From Tubiluchus corallicola (Eukaryota > Animalia > Priapulida), in NCBI GenBank assembly GCA_030141605.1, contig JAQGDQ010000503.1:4878-68877 (forward strand): 64,000 bases of DNA, written 5' to 3'. The position numbers were made by a program, and so were the translations under genes. The notes under the pieces are model-generated. The model searched no databases. It was not told the DNA's origin and was given only the letters and a program-made list of their open reading frames with translations. Below are positions 37,902 through 51,900 of this stretch, one piece after another (the first letter of the stretch is position 1; the number at the start of each line of letters is the position of its first letter).

Positions 37902-40002
37902 GAACGATGTGAATGATGGCAATGATGAAAAAGTAACCGACAGTATACTAACTTTGAATACTACAATGGACAACATTGAAGCACATGATGCAGTCAATGA
38001 CAATATGCCAGCTTTTGGTGCCATGGAGGAAAGAAAAGGCCAAGATAATCAAACAATGATAAAATACGATAGTGGCAATTGTTTCGCTAGTGGTCCTACT
38101 CCTGAGTCTGATGAAATGCGGGATTGTTTTTCGCAAATTAGAAACATTAATGTAAAAACTGAACATGATATTTCAGAAGATAATATTGTTACCTGTACCA
38201 GCAATGAAGTACTAAATCAGAATGTGTCTGGTAACAACTTTAATGTCAGTGTGGAAGACAATATTTTACCAAACATGTTAAGTTTGTTCAATAAGCGTTA
38301 TAAGTGTAGTGTATGCGGCTCTACTTTTAAAAAGAAGTCAAAGTTGAACATACATTTCCGAATTCACACCGGAGAAAAACCTTATCAGTGTGACCAGTGT
38401 GGATTTGTGTGTGCCCGGTCTGATAATTTGAACAGACACTTGAGAACTCACACAGGGGAAAAGCCTTTCAAGTGTAAGGAGTGTGATGCTGTTTTTACTG
38501 AGTCAGGAAGTTTAAATAGACATTTAAAAATTCATGCAGGAGCAAGGAAACCTCCTCCAGTTTTTATTCACTCTCGAAACTTATTAAAGCAACTAGAATT
38601 ACGTAACTTGCCATTAGATGATAATGGTGATAAAATAATCAGTAACAACCTGCTAAGTTTTGTCGCCGGAAATTTATCTGCAGCTTGTGATAAAGTGTTG
38701 AGTCAAGATGAGAAAATTACCAGCACATTCATAAAAACAGAATCGGGCAATTCAACAAACAAGTTAGACTATCGGAAAAATTCAGAAGCGCTTGGTCTGG
38801 TCCGTGTGGCAGGTGCTGCCAACAGTGAAGAGAATCTCTTAATGGATAAACTGACCCTGTCTGGTAAGGTTCATAAATGCAGCGTCTGCGGTGCTACATT
38901 TAAAAATAAGTGCAAGTTAACTATACACATAAGAACTCACACTGGAGAAAAACCCTTTAAGTGCAACCACTGCGATTCTGCTTTCGTTAGGTCTGATAAT
39001 TTGTTTAGGCATCAGAGAACTCACACTGGTGAGAAGCCTTTTAAATGTAAAGAATGTGATGCCACTTTTACTGAATCGGGTAGTTTGAAGAGACATTCAA
39101 GACTTCACAAAGGAGGAAGAAAAAGTTTTCTCTGCAGTTACTGTGATGCAAGTTTTATTCGGTCAGACCACCTGAATATACATCTGAGGACTCACATGGG
39201 GAAAAAGCCTTATAAGTGCAATTGGTGTGCAGCAGTTTTTACTCACACAGCACAATTAAGACAACATAAATTGACCCATTTACAATTGTGCAATTTTGAC
39301 AATAAGATGGTCAGTCACAGCAAGTCAGATTTTGTTACTGCAACTGCATCTTCATTGTGTACTACAGAAACCGACAACGATGCAAATATGTTTATAAAAA
39401 CTGAATGTGATGATTCTGCAAACAGGTTAGAGTATTCAGAAAATCTTGAAAAGTTTGATCAGGGTTCTTTTTCGCCTGGTGCCTTTGATACTGGTGAAAC
39501 ATACCTTTTATCAGATTTTTTGACTTTGCCTGGTAAGCTTCACAAATGCAGTCAATGTGATGCTACCTTTAAAAAGAAAGCTAAGTTAACCATACATTTA
39601 AGAATTCACACTGGAGAAAAGCCATTCAAGTGCAATCACTGCAGTTCTGCTTTTGCTAGGTCTGACAATTTGAACAGGCACCTGAGAACTCACACAGGAG
39701 AAAAACCTTTTAAGTGCAAAAAGTGTAATGCTGCTTTTACTGAATCGGGTAGTTTAAGAAGACATTTAAGAATACACATAGCTGGAAGGAAACCTTTCAT
39801 ATGTACATACTGTGATGCAAGCTTTTCTCGGTCTGATCATAAAACTTTGCATTTGAGGACTCATACAGGAGAAAAACCTTTTAAGTGTAACTCATGTTTG
39901 GCAGCTTTTTCTCACCCAGCAAATTTAAAGCAACATAAATTGACTCACTTATGTGAGAAATCAAGCATGTCTAGGAAATGTGAAACTACCTCAAATCTTT
40001 GA
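37902..40002 (+). CDS. C2H2 zinc-finger protein, main exon, 13 fingers in clusters of 3+5+5
   Basis: CxxC..HxxxH fingers with TGEKP linkers; acceptor ttttgaaacag| at 37901; stop at 40000-40002. Confidence 0.95.
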
Positions 40003-40479
40003 TGTTATCAGGACAATATGCAATAGATAATTTACTTAATAACATAATTATGAAACATGCTTTGCAGTTTATTTTGAAATTTTTAATACATTGTAATTAA
40101 GACTAATGATTTTTTGTACTACACCAACAAATTCTGCATCAAGTAGGCGATACAAAGTACAAACTGTTTACTTATTTGCAAGATTTTGACATAATTGATT
40201 CATGTCTGCCTCAGGTGCACTTGAACCTGAAAGCATCCAACTAATAGTTAAAAAGAAACTTGGGTTACAAGTTACTGTGATGTGCATTTTGACATTAATT
40301 TATTTGTGTTTGTACGATGTTCCAGGGCGTTGTTGAAATACAACATTTCCATTAAATAAAGCGCTATAGTAAAGCTATTTCAAATGTAAGTGATAGTGTG
40401 AAACAGTTTTTGCATCAAAGAGGACTATCTTATAATAAATTTTGAAAACACAAATCAAAATTGCAGATTTTTAAACCAT

Positions 40480-41142
40480 AAATTAGAGCTGCAATGTTTT
40501 TAAAGCACATGTAAAAGCTGCAAGCTTTTTATATGATAAAATGCTTTAAGGTTGCAATGTTTTTCAGACACATAGAAGAGCTGCAAGGTTTTAGAACATA
40601 AATAAAAGATGGAATATTTTTAAAACACATGGGAAAACTCCAAAGCTTTAAGACACACATAAAAGCTGGAATGTTTTTAAAACATATAGAAAAGCTGCAA
40701 GGCTTCCAGAACACAAAAACTAAAATGTTTTTAAACCACATACAAAAATTGCAAGGCTTTCAGAACACATATAAAAGCTGTAATGTTTTCAAACACATAC
40801 AAAAACTGCAAGGCTTTCAGAACACATATAAAAGCTGTAATGTTTTTCAAACACATACAAAAACTGCAAGGCTTTCAGAACACATATAAAAGCTGTAATG
40901 TTTTTCAAACACATACAAAAACTGCAAGGCTTTCAGAACACACATAAAAGCTGTAATGTTTTCAAACACATATAAAAACTGTAAGGTTTTCAGAACACAT
41001 ATAAAAGCTGTAATGTTTTTCAAACACATACAAAAACTGCAAGGCTTTCAGAACACACATAAAAGCTGTAATGTTTTCAAACACATATAAAAACTGCAAG
41101 GTTTTCAGAACACATATAGAAGCTGTAATGTTTTCGAACACA
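40480..41142. repeat. Minisatellite, about 59-bp dimer of 29-30-bp subunits
   Basis: aaaactgcaaggctttcagaacacatat alternating with aaaagctgtaatgtttttcaaacacatac. Confidence 0.93.
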
Positions 41143-41754
41143 TGTTAGCTCCCAGATGCATGTCAATTACTTTCACACATGCAAACAGAAAATCTCAAGT
41201 CTCTAAATAAAGCACGCTGCCAAATCTTACCAATTAGTTTAACTGTTGATTAATGTTTAACCAGCAGTGGCTAACATTAACTATCATTAACATTAACTAT
41301 CATTAACCAATCAGTGCAACTCACTAACAAACACGTCTAAACAACAAACAGCTTCTTTAGAAATTGAATTATGTTTATTGTTGATATGGATCTCTTTTCA
41401 CATTAAGCACATTCTGTTTAATATACTGCACTACAGTAACAGTGTCACCATCTACTGAGCTAATACTGAACTAATAATGAGTGTAGCATGCCATTAAAGA
41501 AAAGCCAGAAAAAAGGCTAGATTCAGAATTGCAAAAAATCTGGAATAATCCTACGCCTGAACGAAAAAGCTAGGCTGAAAAACGGGTAAAATTGTTTAAG
41601 ATCTGCATTAAAATTGAGATTTTTTTAAATGTAATGGAAAAATGTCATACAAAGCGAATTTTAAATGCAAGACCTAGTTTTCAACAAATTTGCAGTTTAT
41701 TTACACAAAATCAAAAACCTTTCATTGTTTCGTCTGTATGATGATAATCATGCA

Positions 41755-42199
41755 TCAATACCATATCCAACAATTCCATACCATATCCCACAATTCCACA
41801 GCACAACCCACAATTCTGTACCATATCGCATAATTCCATAGCGTATCCCATAATTCCATACCATCTCCCACAATTCCACAGCACAACCCACAATTCCACA
41901 GCACAACCCACAATTCCATACCATATCCCACAATTCCACAGCACAAACCACAATTCCATTCCATATCCCTCAATTCAATACCATATCCCACAATTCCATA
42001 GCATATCCCACAATTCTACAGCACAACCCACAATTCCATACGATAACCCACAATTCCACAGCACAACCCACAAGTCCATACCATATCCCACAATTCCATA
42101 CCACATCCAACAATTCCATTCCATATCCCACAATTCCATAGCACGTCCCACAATTCTGTACCATATCCCATAATTCCATACCATATCCCACAATTCCAT
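41755..42199. repeat. 20-bp minisatellite (ccatatcccacaattccata / gcacaacccacaattccaca variants)
   Basis: Visible array. Confidence 0.96.
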
Positions 42200-42710
42200 T
42201 AAAATTCACTCAAACTCTGTGACCACATTATGAAAAAATTAAGTTCTAACAAACCTTCTAGATGAAATTAATTAAAAAAAAACAAATTTAATATGTACAA
42301 TTAACTTATAAGAAGTAATTTTTATTAGAATAGTGTAAAATGGAGTAGGCAAACTATTAAGTATATTTGAGCCACAAAAGAAATAAATTAGAAAATTTAC
42401 AGTATAAAAAATAATAAACTTCACTCTACCTGTCCATTAACAACAACAAAGTTATACGATACACAATTTAAAAACATATATACATAAACAATAACACTAC
42501 CATATGTATACCAAAAAATAAAGTAATTTGACAGATCTTTCACACAATTGAGCTAGCTTGGACAACTGAATCTCCAACATTTTAAAAGAGTTTAAACAAT
42601 TCTAGTTTCATGACATTATATCACACCGCCAGTCTGTCCACTATAACTGTCTGCCACTAATTGTGCAATGTTAAAATACGGCTGGATAAATTTAACCAGG
42701 CCCGAACTGA

Positions 42711-43373
42711 GGGGCGTAGCCAGGTCCTAAAGTTAGGGGGAGCAAGCACATAAAAAAGGCACCGTGACAGGGGCGTAGCCAGCTTCTAAAGTTAGGGGGA
42801 GCAAGCACATAAAAAAGGCACCGTGACACGTATTAAATGATTTCTAAAGAACTGATTATACATTTTAATTTTGTGTTTAAAATCAAAACACGAGGAAGAT
42901 ACAGTTATAAAGGAAGTACATAATTGTTATTTTGTATTTAAAATTAGAAAACAACAAAATGGTTTACAGTAAACTCTTAAATCTCAAAACGTAATAAAAA
43001 CACGTGTTATTTAATTGTTTTAATTTTAGATGTAAAATGAAACCAAAATGAACCATAGTGAAACATGTAAGATGAAGGAACTACAACAGTCTCTCTCATC
43101 TAGGTTTCATCCCAGCAAAGTAATTTATGACTTTATTATAATCCACCTGAGTAACCAATTCTCTTTCAATGGAGAGCAAGACTAACCCAGACAATTTATC
43201 CTCATCCATTGTAGTAATAAGACAGGACTTTATCAAATTCAGCCGATTAAATGATCATTCAGCAATTGCACAAGGGAAATAAAGAATTAAAAACTGTTGA
43301 AAAGGCACTAATTTTGAGAAATAAACCACTATGGGGAGCAGTGGCTCCCCTTCCCCCATTAGCTATGCCACTG
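42711..43373 (-). mobile_element. Non-autonomous hAT element with a transposase dimerisation-domain remnant
   Basis: TIRs caggggcgtagc / gctatgccactg; minus-strand 43098-43275 reads AE*SFNRLNLIKSCLITTMDEDKLSGLVLLSIERE...FAGMKPR (hAT C-terminal ERSFS motif). Confidence 0.88.
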
Positions 43374-43850
43374 GCATCACATATAGCTTAACAACACAAT
43401 AACAAACCTAAGGTTGCCATGAGAGCTGACAATATTAATACACGGCTTGTACGAACCACTAGAGGGAGCAGTCGCTCCCCTTGCTCCCCCATTAGCTATG
43501 CCACTGGCATCACATTTAGCTTAACAACACAATAACAAACCTAAGGTTGCCACAAGAGCTGACAATATTAACACACGGCTTTTACGAACCACTAGAGGGA
43601 GCAGTCGCTCCCCCATTAGCTATGCCACTGGCATCACATTTAACGTAATAACACAATAACAAACCTAAGATTGCCACAAGAGCTGACAATATTAATACAC
43701 AGCTTGTACGAACCACTAGAGGGAGCAGTTGCTCCCCTTGCTCCCCCATTAGCTATGCCACTGGCATCACATTTAACTTAATAACACAATAACAAACTAA
43801 AGATTGCCACGAGAGCTGACAATATTAATACACAGTTTGTACAAACCACA
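43326..43850. repeat. About 130-bp tandem repeat x4 comprising the hAT terminus plus flank
   Basis: attagctatgccactggcatcaca...gagctgacaatattaa recurs four times. Confidence 0.93.
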
Positions 43851-43970
43851 TGTTACATCTAAACACTGCAGAAAGTGCAATAGAATTATTCGTAAATGTT
43901 AAAGCACGATAATAATGCTTACACCACTTGGATGTGGTAATTTCAAGAATGAAACAGTAAAGTGTTTTAA

Positions 43971-44425
43971 CCCTTTCATACCCGTTGTATCCCGTGGGAT
44001 ACGAGAATATTTTCTGCCTTTAAAATTAATCAAATTTTAAAACTGACAGTTATTTGATCTGGTAATAGTTATTTTGATTTAAGCCAATAACAATAGACTA
44101 AAAATGGTGACAAAATGGCAAACTAGAAAATCTACATAGCATAAAAAACTGCGCAAGGTACAGTACTTTAGAGACGACTTTGTACAGATCAGCATAGCAT
44201 GCATACTAAATGTCTTAAATACTTTAAAAATTACCAGCAGTTGCAAAATGAAGGACATTTCATGCTTCCATTTAATCCCAATGTATCCCGTGGGATACAG
44301 GCTATATTTAACACGCGGGCACAGGTAGAAAAAAATTATTATGTGCAAAGGAGATGGACATACTGAGCAAAAGTACCAAGCCAAAAAAATTTTTCTTATT
44401 AAAAAATAATTTGGGACTGAAAGGG
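43971..44425. mobile_element. piggyBac-like MITE
   Basis: TTAA|CCCTTTCA ... TGAAAGGG|TTAA: TIR with TTAA target-site duplication. Confidence 0.88.
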
Positions 44426-44920
44426 TTAACTGCGTGACAAGTTAGCAAAATAAACAGAACCTGTTAAGAAACCTCTCCCCGATTCTGATATTCATAACAA
44501 GAAAATCCTGCTTATTTGTTGGGACCAGTCCTGCGAATTCATCGACTGATTCTTACACTTCAACAGCTTACACTTCTCACACCAAGACTTTAAACAACAA
44601 CTTATAAATACTTCAGTTTACATACAAAAATTCTACCGTCTAAGAACAAAGTGGAAGAATTTATAACAGACTTACAGATTTCAAAATGATTATACAACAG
44701 TTTAGAGACACTGCGCTTAAAAATTAGAAATATTTGCACAAAAGCACAATTTAACCTCACAACTTGACAAAACACTGAACAATTGTGGAAAGCTGTAATT
44801 TAACAACAGTGTACAAAATACGATACGACAAAATAACTAACAATTGTGCGAAACCTGTAATATAACAATAACGTATTTTTACAATATCTTACAATTTGAC
44901 AATAAGTACAAATGATACAA

Positions 44921-45312
44921 TAAGCCTTTTCACAAGTGCAGCGATTGATGATAATCGTGAAAAAGTCAAAGGTTAAGTGTACCAGACAACGCGTTTGTGT
45001 ACACTTGACAACGCCTCGCAGCCCATGCTGTTGTAATAGTAACAGTTTTAACAGCTAACTAGAACTTCACCTAGTTAATTTTTTCTTGTTTCCAATCAAG
45101 ATCCTGCTAGTAAATAACTCTACGCACAAACTAGTGCATAATAAAGTAAAGGCCACGTAAAATAACTGAAGTAACTGAACTGATGCGGCAGGTGGCCTTG
45201 CTTTACCCACACGTCAGCTGATGGTTGCAGTTAAGACGCGTTGCTGTGGTACACTTAACCTTTGATCTACAGCAACTGCGCGTGCACATAGCAAAGCTGT
45301 GAAAAAGCTTAT
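44921..45312. mobile_element. MITE family, possibly Harbinger-like (ends agccttttcaca / tgtgaaaaggct); other full or partial copies at about 46975-47205, 47357-47730, 49350-49525, 54991-55226, 57383-57565
   Basis: TIRs and shared internal motifs (ggtcaaaggttaagtgtacca, gatttactagcagga, ggcgttgtcaagtg). Confidence 0.8.
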
Positions 45313-45506
45313 TAACTTCCTACAGGCAAGTAGTATAAGAAATCCTGCCAGTTGAAATTACGCAACACAGAAGATCGCTATTCTTTCAAGAACCTGTCAT
45401 TGATAATTCACTAACAAATATAGTTCATTATTTTCTAAATTAAATTAAAAACTTCCTACATAACAATAAGTAAGGCATCAGTCCAACGGCACACATCAGC
45501 ATAAGA

Positions 45507-45970
45507 TTATGGTGATTCGGAGATTGCTGTATCTCCCGAGATTGTTGCCTCACTTATGGTTATGACCGGTACCGTAGGCACAGCATTGGTGTCACCCACC
45601 GGTAAGGTACCGTAATTTGTTGGCAGATGTGCCGAGTTTGACTCATTAGTAGATATATCATTTCTAACTTTGTTTTGAGATGAAACGCCATCTGACATGT
45701 CGTCCAGTTTACTATGATCAGATGAAACACCATCTGACATGTCATGCAGTTTACTATGATCAACCGATGGTTTGTACAACCACCAAGACATGAAGAAAAA
45801 CAGCGTTGAACAAGATTTGCCGACGATGGCGAGTGCTAGCATGTTCATGGCCATTTTGCGATTGTTGTAGAAATGGCAGGAACCTTTGGAATCTTCCCCG
45901 CAGGAATCCGACCATTGTTGACAGGATAAATCCATGATCCAGCCGAACAGTAACGGTGCCGGTATTGTGC
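45507..45970 (-). CDS. SLCO4A1: SLCO coding exon 10 (terminal)
   Basis: GTIPAPLLFGWIMDLSCQQW...GSCHFYNN, last TM, tail to TAA. Confidence 0.92.
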
Positions 45971-48900
45971 CTAAACAAAAATCAATAAACAGCTCGTCAA
46001 AACGTCTATGACTACAGCGATAAAAACGCCCGTGAAAACGTTACTTGCAGCATGTAGCAAAATTGCTCTTCAAAATGCCAAAAAAAGCTCGCTGATTAGA
46101 CGTTAGAGCTCTTTTCTCGCTATGCTAGTAAAATGCCGGTAAAAATGGCTGCCACAGCGATTTAGTTGCAGATTGCATAATGCGCATCTCACTAAACAAC
46201 AGCTGTATACATTTCCCCATAATCTACAATGTAGACTACACATACTGCACGCACTGTCTAGTAATTAATTTCTTTGCAATTAACTAACTCTAATGAATTA
46301 AAAGTGAGTACATTAATATCACGGTTTGCAGGACAAAAGCGTGGCGACTTCAGTCCAAATTTGGCCATTGTCCGCCTTATTTACCGATACTAAACTAATA
46401 CAGTAGCTGCAGTGTATTAAACTCACGGTAATGTACAATAAATCACCCAATTGTCTCAAAAACACGTAGTACGGGCTGTTCCTATGCAAAGTTATATAAA
46501 AACTGTCGACAATTGACTCAAATAACTCCACACAATTGACTCTAAACAACTTGCACATGCTACACGTGTTGTTACATGCTGCTTAGCTGTAAACAAAATG
46601 ACGGCCCGCCATCTAGCGGTCAGCTCATGAAACAACGGACTGTGTCCGTAGTATGCACGACTTTTTAACGGTCCAGATTTTGTATGAATTTTCCGATATC
46701 CATAAAAGCGCGGTCCGGCAAACCGAGATGTGAGTGTATTAGCAATGTAAGCATGCAAAGATGCTAACATGTTCACAGCGAGAAGACAAAACTATTTTAA
46801 CTATTTGTTCTTAATTATTTTAACTTTTTAAACTATTTTGTACTTACCTAAACATCTAACATATATCCACTCATTTCCAAGTGCAAAAGACCTTTGTTTC
46901 GGCGCTACACACCTAAAGTTTGCAAAACAATACTAAGTTTTGACTGAGCTAAAATCTATGCTTGCAATTGCAATAAGTCTCTTCACAGTTTCGTTGTGTG
47001 CACGTACACTTGCTGTAGGTCAAAGGTTAAGTGTACCACAGCAACACGTTTTAACTACAACCGTCACGTGATGTGTGTGTAAAGAAAAGCTGTCTGTGGG
47101 ATCAGTTCAGTAATTTAAGTTGTTTTACGTGGACGTTACTTAATTATGCATTACTCTGTGCATAGAGTCATTTACTAGCATGATCTCGCTTGAGAACAAG
47201 AAAAAAAGATTGCTTTTTAACTGGGCCACATTGACTTTTGCACATTTGACAACACACACTTGTGATGTGTTACTAAAACAGAATCTTGTAAATAAACACA
47301 TAGTTATTCGTTACCGAGTAATAATAATATATATTAGTTTTATTTATACACATGCATAAGCCTTTACAGTTTCATTGTGTGCAAGAGCATTTACTGTAGG
47401 TAAGGTTGGTTAAGTGTACCGCAGCAATCCCTATCTTGACTGCAATAATCACGTGATATGTAAGTAAAGCAAAGCCGTCTGCCACATCAGTTTAGCAATT
47501 TTAGTTGTTTTACGTGGACTTTACTTGATTATCCATTAGTCTGGGCACAGTGATTTACTAGCAGGATCTTGCTTGGGAACAAGAAAAAATCAACTAGGTA
47601 AGGTTCTAGCTAACGGCTAAAACTGCTACTATTACAACAGTATGGGCTATGAGGCGTTGTCAAGTGTCTAGAACACGTGACCTTTGACTTTTTCACGCTC
47701 ATCATCAGTTGCTGGAACTGTGAAAAAACGTTATTTATTGCACTGCAAAATTGTATCTACTATCTCAACCATTGTCAACTAATCTCACCATATAAAAATA
47801 CAAGTAACAGAACCATTACTGTTATGAAAATACTGTAACAAGCAACAAAACTGTCAGTCTATGAGAAGCCAAACCTATCTGCGCGAAACCAAACTACAAG
47901 AACACTATCAAGATGGCATCACTTAGTTAAACAAATCAATGCTTTAACAAAGCTACGCCATAACATAAATTCTGCCAAATCCCTAACTGCGTGACCACTG
48001 CTGTCACTAGCTACATGTTACTACGTGCACTAATGCATAAGCGTTGTCATGGTTATGCCAAATGTCTTGGGATACAGCAAAATTATTTAAGAATTTGCAA
48101 CCCAAAATCTTATACAAGGAAGTATTAAACAAGGTTGTTATTCTAAAGTTACCATATCAGAAAAAACCAGGGAGTTACAAACAAACGTCCGTTTAATCGC
48201 TAAAACCACACATGCATTTCATAGTGGATGTTAAAGTAAAATAAGGTTACATAGAAGGTCTAACTAAAGTAACTAATACAGTTTCCATACCTTAAGGTGG
48301 AACACATTGCAGGCATTATGGTCGCAAACGTTTGCACGACCAGAACAAAGAACATCGTCAGAAAGATAGCAAGTTGCCATTTGCAGTTTGATTCACACAA
48401 GTTATCTATTGCATCTGCCTGGAAGCCATTGACGTTTGTAGCATTGGCATTAATACAAGCACATTGTCCATAGATCTAGTCAAAAACAAACGCAAATACC
48501 ATGAGGAAGAGATGGGAAAATGAGATTCGGAACTAGAAACATTCTTTCTCCTCAATCGTAATTCTGTTTAGTGGGTAGATAATAATTTCAAGGTCTTGTA
48601 CAAGGGCTACACACCGGGCCTATCTGTCTTGCACAAAGGCCACACGCAGTGGCGTCGTGCTATAGGGGCCCGCCCCCCCCAATTTTTTTAGAAAATGTCA
48701 AAAATTAAAAGGGTGTCAGCGGCTCGTAATGAGACCGGTAAGCAAATTTATTTCCGACTTTTTGACACGCAATAGCGGGCCAGCGCTCCATAAATGCGAA
48801 CAGTATGAGGATGAGTATGTGTTTACCTGAAAGTCAGGATGTAGTTAATTTGTTTGCATGTAATCTATTCAGGAGGCAGGCAGGAACAGTTAACAAAGCA

Positions 48901-51900
48901 GCTCGTTTAGTAGCATTAGCGTCTTTGCACAAAAGACTGTTAGTTAACAAAACCGCTCAGTTAGCAATCGAGCTTCGTTCAGCAGTGTGTTATAATAGAG
49001 AATAAGTGAAATAATAGAGCAAAAACAATGCAAACATTGAAGTCATGTTGAGCTAGCCTAGTACCAGAGAGTCAGTTTGGGAGATACAAATTGATGAGCC
49101 ACGGCTCAGCCACCTCCTGATTGGACATTACCGACTCTTTGCTACTCCTTGGCCACTCTTTCCCACGAGTTTGCTGCATAAAAGGGCGTGATTTTGAGCA
49201 CATTTCATCATTTTTCTCCTGCTAGGAAAATCTTTGCTAGTTTTCGCTGCCATTTTAGCTATATTTCTTAAACGATGTCAAGGCAGTCCAATCTGACTTC
49301 ATTTTTCAAGTCGAACCGTGTTCCACACGCCACACGTGAACGACCCAGCAAAATCTTGCCTGAGAACAAGAAAAATGAACTAGGTAAGGTTCTCGCTAGT
49401 AGTTAAAACTGTTACTATTACAATAGCTTAGGCAGCAAGGCATTGTCAAGTGCACATAAATGCGCTGTCTGGTACATCCAACCTTTTAGTGATCACCATC
49501 AATTGCTGGAACAGTGAAAAGGGTTATTATTTCTCTGACACGAGAGAACATACAATGTTAAAAACATCTTAAGAGGAGAGTAGAACTTCTTTGTTGTACC
49601 TGTGGCTTACAATACTTACCGGTGATTCGTCCACATCAACCGACTTTGTTTTACATCCCGCGTAACAAGGAGAATAGTAATTAATGCCATCGTTACCACA
49701 TACAGGGTGATAAGTTGCCTCTGAACAGGTGCAATCAATGTTGCAAAGTCTGGACAAATTTACATTCACATCTACTGAGCTGCAAAAGCAATATGTCTCT
49801 ATTATCTCTCTATCAAAGGTCTGAAAAAAGATGATACTGTAACGTTTTCTGTGGCATCATCTGTGTTTCTTATCCGCATCACAAACACTGGGAAGCAATC
49901 CCTCCCCCGAGCAAATTTTTGAAAAACGGCACTTTTTCAACGCTTTTTTAAAATCTTTAGTTCAGTTGTACGATAAAAGTCGAATCCTTTTTTGTTTTTT
50001 CATCGCACGGCCATGGAAGAATTTTCTGGAGTAAACATATACAGACATAGAACATAAATCGCTTTGAAAGAAAGATGTTTTGTGCATTATTTTACCCAGT
50101 GGCATATCTAGTAGGGGAGCGAGGGGAGCAACTGCGCCCCCTAAGAACGTTTTTCCAAATTGGTGCCTTTTCCACAATGGAGTCATTATTTTATTTGACC
50201 AACCTGTTGCCCATGTTTTTAAAATGAGCGTCCATTTACACAACTCGTTTGTTAAGGTTGACTGATTGAACCAACCAACGATCAAATTGCCTCAAATTTA
50301 ATTATTATAACATATTCTTCTCACACGCTGATACTGTTTGTTGTGGCATAGACAACAGATAAACATATAATTGCTTCGTGTCACTGCATGTTTTTTATGT
50401 GCTCGCTCCCCCTAACTTTAGAACCTGGTTACGCCCCTGTCACTGCGTCTTTTTTATAGTTGGCAGTTGACGACGCATGACGTGTTTTTGACTTCGTCCG
50501 CAGTATATGTCATGCTGTACAAGTTCTAACGTACTGTACAGTAATGTTGTAGCCACCTGCTTTACGGTCAAAATGAGATAGAATTGGCCATTAAAGTTTT
50601 ATAATGATATAAGGAAGTATCTACACGGTGGATTTCTTTTCATATATAAGTTAAAATAATAGTGCAGTGCCGACAGCTATGGAAGAAAACTTGGGAGAAA
50701 GAGTACGCCGAGAAATTGAAAACTTGGATTTGTAGCTGGAGCCAACCATTATGAGAATGCTTACACGACCTGAGAATGTAAGTGCTATCAAGTTGGTGAT
50801 TGATATTTTTGTTGAGCCAATCATAAAGAAAACTATCGATGAAGCAATGCCAAGCAAATCTTTCGATGAATTTTCTAAAACTTGCGACAATTTAGAAGCC
50901 AAGCTTAATGAGCTTGAACAGTATTCGAGACGAAATACAATTAGATGTTTTGGCCTTGTAGAAAATCAAGATGAAAATACGGATGATCTTGCTCTGTCTC
51001 TGTTCAATGACGATCTTGGATTAAAAAGTGTGACAATTGCAGACATTGACTGTACTCATAGAGTTGGTCGTGTTAATACTGACAACCCGAGACCAAGAGC
51101 AGTAATATGTATATTTACGACGAATAGAGTTAAACCGGAAGTAATGACTGCTCGTGAAGAACAACAGACAGAATAAAATGCCGGTACCACCGTTTGTCGT
51201 GAGAGAAGATTTGACGGCCAGGAATCTAAACATAGTCAAAAAATGTATTTCGCTTGCTCAATCCAAAAAGATTACATCCACGTGGACAATCGATGGCAAG
51301 ATCTTCGTAAAAGATAGACATGGCGCAAGACATCAGATCAAGGACGTTAGTGATCTCTGTAACTACGGCGATACAAGGTATATGGATCGAGTTGAGAACA
51401 ATGTAGTAGGAAGAGAGGATGTGCAAGGTATGCCTAGATTATCCTCTAAAATGACAGTTTGATCTTCAAAGATGACGTAAGTCTCCTATTCGTTTTAAGT
51501 GGCTGGTAATAACAATAACTTGACTGGCTAGTATATATCCTTATGCAGTCAGTGTTGTATAAGTGATTACTTTATCTTTGGAATAAGTGCGTTTTTAAAG
51601 CTTTTTCTTTCTAAAAAATTAAACACTAAAATGAGGTTTCATTACATATATCTTAAAAAGTCAGCTGTTGAATCTTTAGTATGAGTATGCCTATAATTAC
51701 AATAATATCACTGGCCTACAGGCTACAGGTTGTAGTAGGCTTTTACACGATAAAGTTGTTTCACCAACTTAATTTAATTTGCGATTACTATGAAATAATG
51801 ATATCACCAGTTTTTTGTTTTGTATTTGACGTTTTTCGTAAATGTCAAATTTCTAGTTGAGGAGTCTCAGAATGACAACTGACTATGTCATTAATTTGTT

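Noticed and set aside
40529-42209. Several 60-86-aa repetitive ORFs
   Set aside because: Minisatellite translations in multiple frames
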